DNA of 64,000 nucleotides from Candidatus Poribacteria bacterium (GTDB lineage Bacteria; Poribacteria; WGA-4E; WGA-3G): NCBI GenBank assembly GCA_963665235.2, contig CAXXLX010000002.1, positions 544,001 to 608,000 of the forward strand, read 5' to 3'. Shown piece by piece: positions 1 to 7,049 of this stretch (position 1 is its first letter; each line of letters starts with the position of its first letter). The notes under the pieces were generated by a model. It saw only the letters and a program-made list of their open reading frames with translations, ran no database searches and was not told where the DNA came from. The position numbers and the translations under genes were made by a program.

Positions 1-1206
1 ATGCTCCACTATGGTCGATATAGAACGGTAATTGCGCGTAATTTCGTATTTTTTGACATCCGCCCGGCGAGCAAATTCGAGCATAATTCGGGAGTCTCCG
101 CCGCGAAATCCGTAAATTGCTTGATCATCGTCTCCGACAGCGAACAGATTTTCTGATAGGAGGGCAATCAACCGAAAGTCGGTCGGGGCAATGTCTTGGA
201 ATTCGTCTACAAGCACGTACGGATATTTGTCACAGTAGGTTTGGCGGATGTCGGGATGTTTCTCGAATAGGTTTGCGGAATAGATGAGCATATCCTCAAA
301 ATCGATGGCGTTTGCTGCTGTCTTGGCAGCTTCATATTCTTGAGCGAATGCTCGTGCGACGGGGTCTTTAAGGGAGGTCGGCTCGAACAGCCCGGTTTTA
401 ACTTGTCGTTTCGCATGCATGATTGTCTCTTTCAGGTCATCGAAGCGTCCCCGAAGGTTTTCAAAGTCGGGGTCTCTATCGAGATGATCCTGATATGGGA
501 CGCTGAAGTGTTTGCAGAACATCTCAAGCATGAGTTGATTGCTGTACTGTGCGCGTAGTGGGTCGGCACGGTTATAAACCTGCACGCTCTCTTTGTAGTG
601 CTTAATCCAATATGCTTCTTGCCGATTCGCGTCTCGTCCATCAACCTGTTCCAACACCGCAAAACTGAACTGTGCGGCACCTTCCACACGGATGGCTTGA
701 CGGAGGCGGTCGTTTGATGAGTGGTCGAAGTGTTCATGTCGCCGTCGCTCCGGATTTGTGGACTGCCCAATATAGCATGCCCCTGTCTCTTTGTTCTCAA
801 TCTTATAAATAGCGACCGGTGCAGCAGCGGCTGCACGTTCAATCTGTCTCTGTTCCTCCTTGATGATTTTATCGAGGTCTCCGGACCAGATTTCGGGCTG
901 TTTGTTAAATCCTGCATCTTGATAGTTTTTGGTGATAATATCTTTACCGAAGGCGTGGAGGGTCCGAATGACAGGCAACCCAGTTTTTGGCGGTAGTGCC
1001 TGTCTAATCCGAGTTTCCATCTCTTCAACCGCTTTTCTATTGAAAGCGATAGCAAGGATGTGGGATGGCGGCACGTTATGCTCTTGGATGAGGTTCAGAA
1101 TTCGCGCTGTTATGACCGCGGTTTTGCCGCTGCCGGGACCTGCGACGACAATTGCACGCCCGGTGAGATGGTTAACCGCTTTTTTCTGTTTTTTATCAAG
1201 TTTCAT
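1..1206 (-). CDS. UvrD/PcrA/Rep-like SF1 DNA helicase with an internal GIY-YIG domain (3' part runs off the window)
   Basis: Manual translation from ATG at 1206: MKLDKKQKKAV..VVAGPGSGKT (Walker A), AIAFNRKAVEEM (Ia), RTLHAFG, VLVDEFQD (II), AVGDDDQAIYGFRG (III), TRNYRS (IV). The frame is open to position 1. Not in the ORF track because it has no stop in the window. Confidence 0.93.
   Translation of the reverse strand, partial: MKLDKKQKKAVNHLTGRAIVVAGPGSGKTAVITARILNLIQEHNVPPSHILAIAFNRKAVEEMETRIRQALPPKTGLPVIRTLHAFGKDIITKNYQDAGFNKQPEIWSGDLDKIIKEEQRQIERAAAAAPVAIYKIENKETGACYIGQSTNPERRRHEHFDHSSNDRLRQAIRVEGAAQFSFAVLEQVDGRDANRQEAYWIKHYKESVQVYNRADPLRAQYSNQLMLEMFCKHFSVPYQDHLDRDPDFENLRGRFDDLKETIMHAKRQVKTGLFEPTSLKDPVARAFAQEYEAAKTAANAIDFEDMLIYSANLFEKHPDIRQTYCDKYPYVLVDEFQDIAPTDFRLIALLSENLFAVGDDDQAIYGFRGGDSRIMLEFARRADVKKYEITRNYRSISTIVEH
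571..816 (-). other. GIY-YIG endonuclease domain inserted in the helicase
   Basis: VAIYKIENKETGACYIGQSTNPERRRHEH...LRQAIR...F.F.VLE...RQEAYWIKHYKESVQVYN: AIY/YIG boxes plus the conserved Arg, Glu and Asn. Confidence 0.85.
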
Positions 1207-1214
1207 GTTTTTTG

Positions 1215-1496
1215 TAGGTTAACGCGAGTTTGAAAAAAAAGTTTTGACCTAGAGCGTCCTGTGGTAGTTTTAGCAAAAAACAGCACAAACTAGGAAGTTT
1301 ATGCTACAATTATTCCGCTTTTTTCGCGATGAAATAGGTTAACGCGAGTTTGAAAAAAAAGTTTTGACCTAGAGCGTTCTGTGGTAGTTTTAGCAAAAAA
1401 CAGCACAAGCTAGGAAGTTTATGCTACAATTATTCCGCTTTTTTCGCGATGAAAAAGGTTTAGAGAAAACGGATATTTATTATCAAGCTCACGTTA
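1215..1496. mobile_element. MITE-like element with inverted ends (T)AACGCGAGTTTGA / TCAAGCTCACGTT(A) and a 120-bp tandem duplication
   Basis: 1215-1334 and 1335-1454 are near-identical. AGGTT is repeated on both flanks. Related ends occur near 5300, 25700 and 38670-38992. Confidence 0.7.
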
Positions 1497-1586
1497 GGTT
1501 AGTCTCTGTGTGCTCTGTGCCTTCCGCGATTCAGACAAGCAGTGCGTTTATTAAAACAATCGCACACCCCTTTAACATGAGCCACA

Positions 1587-2522
1587 TTATTTGTCCTTCA
1601 CAATTAAAAGTTCGTGGGATTGCTTGACGTGTCCTGTTTCATTCTCAATCCTATTTTTTCCTATCCGAGTCTCACCCTGACCTAATGTGTACTGCCACCG
1701 CACTTCAAGGATTTTAAATTCCGCATACCATTCCCGAATTGTCGCGCAGTCATTATAGGAAAGCACAAAACCACCTATATGATTGTGAAGGAGGTCGCGG
1801 AGTCCTTCGTGATTGAATCCATTATGGTGGACAGGAAAGTTGCGCTGCGGATAAATCCCCCGGAACATTTTCCCATCGTCAAGGTAGTAGGGTGGGTCGC
1901 AATAAAGAAATTCGTCTTTATGGCAGGGAATTGTTTCCTCAAAACTACCTACTTTGACAGAGAGAGATGGACAAGTGAAGTGACGAACTTTGTCAACGGC
2001 ACGCACATATCTATCGGGTGACTCGTAGATTTTGGACATCCAGCCGAGGAACCCCGGACCGTAAGAGAGGTTATGATTAAACCAATAATGTGCAGCCAGT
2101 TCTAACGGGTCTGAGATAAGGGATTCTTCTGTCCAGTGTTTCTTGAGGCGGCTTTTAATCTCTGCATATTTTTCTTTTGTCGGCTGCCACTGGTCAAGTG
2201 TCTCTGCAAGTTCTTTTCCAGCGGAAATTTGCACTTGCCAATAATTGGCGAGAATATCAAAAATGTCGTAGCCGCGCACCTGTATATCAAGTTCCTTAGC
2301 ACAAGCTATTTCAACAGAACCCCCGCCTATAAAGGGAGACATGAGTCTATCAACAGCATCGGGAATATGCTCAATAATATGTCCGACACCGAGACTTTTC
2401 CCGCCAGCATAACGCAAAGGGAGTCCATTATAACGTGTGTATTTAAACTTACCCTTGCTTTTTAGGTTTGCTAAAAAATGTTCTTTTAGTGGGATTTCTG
2501 GAAATAGCAACTGTTGATTCAT
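1587..2522 (-). CDS. D12-class (Dam-like) N6-adenine DNA methyltransferase
   Basis: PLRYAGGKS, SPFIGGGSV (motif I), YCDPPY (motif IV), VLSYND, C-terminal ELLI. Likely start MNQQ at 2522; the ORF is open to 2576. Confidence 0.92.
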   Translation of the reverse strand: MNQQLLFPEIPLKEHFLANLKSKGKFKYTRYNGLPLRYAGGKSLGVGHIIEHIPDAVDRLMSPFIGGGSVEIACAKELDIQVRGYDIFDILANYWQVQISAGKELAETLDQWQPTKEKYAEIKSRLKKHWTEESLISDPLELAAHYWFNHNLSYGPGFLGWMSKIYESPDRYVRAVDKVRHFTCPSLSVKVGSFEETIPCHKDEFLYCDPPYYLDDGKMFRGIYPQRNFPVHHNGFNHEGLRDLLHNHIGGFVLSYNDCATIREWYAEFKILEVRWQYTLGQGETRIGKNRIENETGHVKQSHELLIVKDK

Positions 2523-2572
2523 TTTTCTTTTTTGTCTGAATTGCGGATTCAACATTGACATAAACAATCTGC

Positions 2573-3838
2573 TCAATCTCCGTTTAACAGCGCTGCGATG
2601 TTTTCCGGCACCTTCACGCCGTGCTTCGCCTCAAAGTCCGCAACGCTTTCGTAGTCGTTATGGAAGGAAGCGGCGATGTCAAATCCCATATTTTGGGCGA
2701 TAGTGAGATCCGCTCTGGCCTTCTCCCATTCTTGCTGGTGCAACCACACCTCACCGCGATTGCAATATGCATCGGCATCCGCAGGGTTCAAATCCACGGC
2801 TTTGCTAAAGTCTTCTATCGCTGCGTCAAAATCACCTTTTCTGTTGTAAGCAAGACCCCGCCTCTGATAAGTATCGGTATCCTCGGGCTCCAAGTCTATA
2901 GCTTTGTTGAAGTCTTCTATCGCTGCGTCAAAATCGCCTTTTCGACCATAAGCAACACCGCGATTGGTATAGGCAACGGGATCCGCAGGGTTCAAGGCTA
3001 TCGCAGTGCTACAGTCTCGGATCGCTGCGTCAAAATCGCCTTTTTGGAAGTAAGCAACACCCCGACTGTAATAGACTTCAGCAGGCATGGGTTTCAAGTC
3101 TATGGCTTTGTTGAAGTCCTGGATAGCAGCATCAAAATCGCCTTTTCGGCCATAAGCATCGCCACGATTGCAATATGCTTCAGCATAGTCAGGGTTTAAC
3201 TCTATCGCTTTGCCGAGGTCTCGGATCGCTGCGTCAAAATCGCTTTTTTCCTTGTAAGCAGCACCCCGATTGTAATAGACTTCGGCAGGCATGGGTTTCA
3301 AGTCCATGGCTTTGCTATAGTCTTGGATAGCCCTGTCAATCTCGCCTTTGCTGAAGTAAGCAAGACCCCGATTGCAATATGCTTCAGCATAGTCAGAGTT
3401 CAAGTTGATAGCAGTGCTGAAGTCTAAGATTGCCAAGTCAAAATCGCCTTTTTGACCGTAAACAATACCTCGATTGTTATAGACTTTGGCATCCTGAGGG
3501 TTCAAGACTATAACGTTGCTGAAGTCTAGGATTGCCAAGTCAAAATCGCCTTTCTCAACGTAAGCAACGCCACGATAGGTATAGGCAGTGGCAAACTCAG
3601 GGTTCAGTTCAATGACTTTGCTATAGTCTCGGATTGCCCTGTCAATCTCGCCTTTTGCAGCATAAGCAACACCCCGATTGGTATAGGCAACAACATAGTC
3701 AGGTTTCAATGCTATGGCTTTGGTATAGTCTTGGATGGCACTATCAAAATTGCCTTTTTTGTGGTAAGCAATCCCCCACTTGTAATAAACTTCGGCTTCG
3801 GTATAGTCTTGGATAGCTGTGTCAAATGGTCTGTTCAT
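2573..3838 (-). CDS. Tetratricopeptide repeat protein (about 11 TPRs) with conserved C-terminal cap
   Basis: 34-aa repeats AY.NRG.AY..KGDFD.AI.D...AI.L.P. AAGGAG RBS upstream. Confidence 0.93.
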   Translation of the reverse strand: MNRPFDTAIQDYTEAEVYYKWGIAYHKKGNFDSAIQDYTKAIALKPDYVVAYTNRGVAYAAKGEIDRAIRDYSKVIELNPEFATAYTYRGVAYVEKGDFDLAILDFSNVIVLNPQDAKVYNNRGIVYGQKGDFDLAILDFSTAINLNSDYAEAYCNRGLAYFSKGEIDRAIQDYSKAMDLKPMPAEVYYNRGAAYKEKSDFDAAIRDLGKAIELNPDYAEAYCNRGDAYGRKGDFDAAIQDFNKAIDLKPMPAEVYYSRGVAYFQKGDFDAAIRDCSTAIALNPADPVAYTNRGVAYGRKGDFDAAIEDFNKAIDLEPEDTDTYQRRGLAYNRKGDFDAAIEDFSKAVDLNPADADAYCNRGEVWLHQQEWEKARADLTIAQNMGFDIAASFHNDYESVADFEAKHGVKVPENIAALLNGD

Positions 3839-3853
3839 AGGTTTTTCTCCTTT

Positions 3854-4518
3854 TCAATATCTGCGTAACAGTGCTGCGATGTCTTCCGGCACCTGCACGC
3901 CATGCTGCACCTCAAAGTCCGCAACGCTTTCGTAGAAGTTATGGAAGGCAGCGACGATGTTAATCCCCATATTTTTGGCGGTAGTGAGATCCACTCTGGC
4001 TTTCTCCCATTCCTGTAGATGTAGCCACGCTTTGCCGCGGTGGTTATAAGGATTGGCAAGTTCAGGGTTCAAGTCAATGGCTCTACTGAGGTCTCGGATG
4101 GCTTTGTCAAAATCACCTTTAGCAACGTAAGCAAAACCCCGATTGTTATAAGTAGCGGCACCCGAAGGGTTTAGGGTTATGGCTTTGTTATAGTCTTGAA
4201 TCCCCGCATCAAAATCACCTTTATCAACGTAAGCAGCACCCCGATTGTGATAAGTAGCGACATCCTCGGGGTTCAACTCTATGGCTTTACTAAAGTCTTC
4301 TATAGCCGCATCAAAATTGCCTTTATCACCGTAAGCAGCACCCCGATTGGTATAGGCAAATGTTATGACTTTGGTATAGTCTTGGATGGCCATATCAAAC
4401 TCGCCTTTTTGGTGGGCCTTTATCACCGTAAGCAAGCCATATCAAACTCGCCTTTTTGGTGGGAAGCCATGCCCCGATCGTTATAGTCTTGGATGGCTGC
4501 GTCAAATGGTCTGTTCAT
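3854..4518 (-). pseudogene. TPR protein paralog, frameshifted near its 5' end
   Basis: Same RBS and start (MNRPFD) as 2573..3838, here at 4518, but that frame stops after about 31 codons. The TPR body continues in another frame (3854..4435). A 26-nt block is duplicated at 4391-4416 and 4438-4463. Confidence 0.75.
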
Positions 4519-4718
4519 AGGTTTTTCTCCTTAAAATATTTCTGAATCTCGGATTACACGGATGACGCGAATTATGGGGTTGTTGTTTAAAATCCACATT
4601 TTTCTGCTTTTTTGCTGCTAGCCCGCCTAGTACGTAGACAGTCTTTACCGTACGGCACTGGCATCCGTTGCCAGCAGTCGCGCTTAATCAACTCGCCAAT
4701 TTTTTTATACTCATAATA

Positions 4719-4874
4719 TAACCTAAGTTGCCACATAGTAGCATAATCTTCCAGATTGTGCATATTTGTGTGCGAATTGGAAGTGAACGGGACAAATATT
4801 AGCTAATTCTCAGCATATTTTCATTAAAGACGGTGTTTCCAGGTCTAAAAACTTATAAGTAGCAACTTGGGTTA
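4719..4874. mobile_element. 156-bp MITE
   Basis: TIRs TAACCTAAGTTGC / GCAACTTGGGTTA. Flanking direct repeat ATATAA at 4713-4718 and 4875-4880. Confidence 0.8.
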
Positions 4875-4902
4875 ATATAACACATATTTTGCCACTTGTC
4901 AA
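4874..4902 (-). promoter_or_regulatory. sigma70-type promoter for the TPR-MTase region
   Basis: TTGACA-17 nt-TATATT on the minus strand. Confidence 0.6.
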
Positions 4903-5024
4903 GTGAAAATTAAGTCGTTTTTGGGTTTAGAAAAAGTTTGTAGAGACGTTCTGAAAAACCCGCGTATTTGTCCTCACACCCTCCTATAAATGAAACCCCC
5001 CACCTACCTACATCGTTATTAATA

Positions 5025-5615
5025 ATAGGACTTACGCATTCCCCTCCGCTCCTCTACTAGCGGGATATCAGTATTAGTCCCAGTATTCGGGCAAACGGTT
5101 TCCCGCTCTTTAAGGACGATATATTTATAGAAACACAAAACGCCCACCCCCTCTTAGTCCCAGTATTCGGGCAAGCAGCCCGCTCTTCAAGGACGATATC
5201 TTTATAGAATGAAAAAAATGTTGTGGATTATTACCATTTATTGCCCGTCGCAGCCCTGATTCTAGTAGAAAAACGCATCGCGCATCACAACCCTATACAC
5301 GTGAGCTTGATAATAAATATCCGTTTTCTATAAACATTTTTGAGGTTCTCCGAAAAAAGCGGAATGAGTGGAGCAGAAACTGCTGCTTCTATAAAGATAT
5401 CGTCCCTACGGGACTAAGAGTTGGGGCGGAAACGGTTTTCTATAAATATATCGTCCCTACAGGACTAAGAGGCGGGCAGAAACCGAGATGCCTATAAGGA
5501 TATCGTCCCTAAGAAGCCGACTTATCGCCCAGTATTCGGGCAAGCAGCCCGCTCCTAATGGCGATTCATCGCCCGTCGTGAAGGGGCGGGCAATAAATTG
5601 CCCTACTACGGATGG
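5025..5615. repeat. Mosaic of REP-like repeats (CTATAAA.ATATCGTCCCTACGGGACTAAGAG; CCCAGTATTCGGGCAAGCAGCCCGCTC; GTAG hairpins)
   Basis: Several direct and inverted copies here. The same units recur near 25640, 38710-38975, 51655 and 63460. Confidence 0.8.
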
Positions 5616-5708
5616 GGCTCTGATGGGCGATGCATGGTTTCCATCCTAAGAACATCGCTCTATATACAAAAGCTGCATAACCTTTTTTCCATAAAGCAGT
5701 GCCAAGGA

Positions 5709-6143
5709 TTATTTCGGCATGCGCCGCACCCATAACAGCAGCGCAGCATTCATCGCCCCTACGAAACCGAAAACGTAGGACTGAATTCCGGTCAACGTTT
5801 CGGTTGACTCAATAAAGACGACCCCAGCGATTGGTAAACCGAGCGTGAGAAAAGTGTAGAAGGTCAAACTTTTCGCACCCTTTGCCTGCCAAAAGGTTAT
5901 CTCCCGCCTTAAAACCCGCAGGTAGGAGTGTGCCCAGAGCCGAGATGTCCACTTCCCTTGCATAAAACCGAGCACAATACCGAGGGCATAGCCGAAGGTT
6001 GTCCAGCGCAAATCGATGTACGGGTCATGAGAGATAGTGGCCACCCAAAGCACTTGCCCTAGCAGTGACACCACTATGAACGCCCAAAACACGGGGATTT
6101 TCATATAGAAGGGGAGCAATCGACGCGATAATTTATCCATCAT
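5709..6143 (-). CDS. Small membrane protein (about 4 TM), hypothetical
   Basis: Hydrophobic segments; overlaps the purQ stop. Confidence 0.7.
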   Translation of the reverse strand: MMDKLSRRLLPFYMKIPVFWAFIVVSLLGQVLWVATISHDPYIDLRWTTFGYALGIVLGFMQGKWTSRLWAHSYLRVLRREITFWQAKGAKSLTFYTFLTLGLPIAGVVFIESTETLTGIQSYVFGFVGAMNAALLLWVRRMPK

Positions 6144-6961
6144 GAGAGATTCGCCTTTGCATAGTTGACACCGTTCTTGAAAATAGCGAGTCCATCCCCC
6201 TCTTCAGGCAGATTTTCTCGTGTCCACCGGGGATGATTCCAGCGTGTCAAAAACCGTTCAGGGTGCGGCATTAATCCGAAGATTTTGCCTGTTACGTCGC
6301 AGATACCCGCGATATCAGCATCGGAACCGTTCGGATTATCGGGATATTCAGTAACAGCCTCACCTCCAGCAGGCGAGGGGGGGTGAGGTGCATATCGAAA
6401 CACAATCTGATGGTTGTCCGCTAATTCTTGCAACACAGCGGGTGGGGCAGTAAACCGTCCTTCAGCGTGAGCGACAGGCAGGTAGATGCGCGACTTAATG
6501 CCTTTCGTGAAGACACACGGGCTCTGCTGTGTTGCCAAATTTACCCAACGACACTCAAATTTTGCGGATGTATTCATTGCTAACGTTGCGCGTTGCGTCA
6601 TGTCTATGCTATTGGTTTTAGAGTGTGGGATGGCAGGTAACAATCCCGCCCGGACGAGCACTTGAAACCCGTTGCATATCCCTAATATCAGGTTGCCATC
6701 GGTAATAAACTGACTGAGTGCCCCGGTGAGTTTATGTTTAATCTCTGTTGCCAGTAGTATGCCGGCTGAAATATCGTCTCCATAAGAGAATCCGCCGGGA
6801 ATCGCCAGAATCTGGTAAGTGGCGAGGCTAATTTTGCCTGAGATAAGCTGTTGGATATGGACTAAAGCGGTTTCGGCCCCTGCTAGTTGGAAGGCGACTT
6901 CCGTTTCAGCATCGCAGTTTGTTCCCGCAGTTCGTAAGATGAGTGCTTTCGGTTTGTGCAT
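6140..6961 (-). CDS. purQ: Phosphoribosylformylglycinamidine synthase subunit PurQ
   Basis: GTNC, PGGFSYGD, GICNGFQ, NPNGS, GLMPHPER. Confidence 0.96.
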   Translation of the reverse strand: MHKPKALILRTAGTNCDAETEVAFQLAGAETALVHIQQLISGKISLATYQILAIPGGFSYGDDISAGILLATEIKHKLTGALSQFITDGNLILGICNGFQVLVRAGLLPAIPHSKTNSIDMTQRATLAMNTSAKFECRWVNLATQQSPCVFTKGIKSRIYLPVAHAEGRFTAPPAVLQELADNHQIVFRYAPHPPSPAGGEAVTEYPDNPNGSDADIAGICDVTGKIFGLMPHPERFLTRWNHPRWTRENLPEEGDGLAIFKNGVNYAKANLS

Positions 6962-7049
6962 TTGAATTGTAGCCTCCGCTCATGGTTGGGAAATACCAAT
7001 TGTTAACACATATCACGGGCGAGGAGACCTCGCCCCTACGACCATAAAA

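Noticed and set aside
571-816. GIY-YIG insert as an intein or intron homing endonuclease
   Set aside because: No intein splice motifs (N-terminal Cys/Ser block, His-Asn followed by C/S/T), and the frame is continuous with no room for an intron.
432-1055. 207-aa minus-strand ORF in the track
   Set aside because: Shadow frame; the helicase is in another frame (1206 to <1).
2573-4518. Diversity-generating retroelement in the TPR repeats
   Set aside because: No reverse transcriptase in the window, and the differences between repeats do not look adenine-specific.
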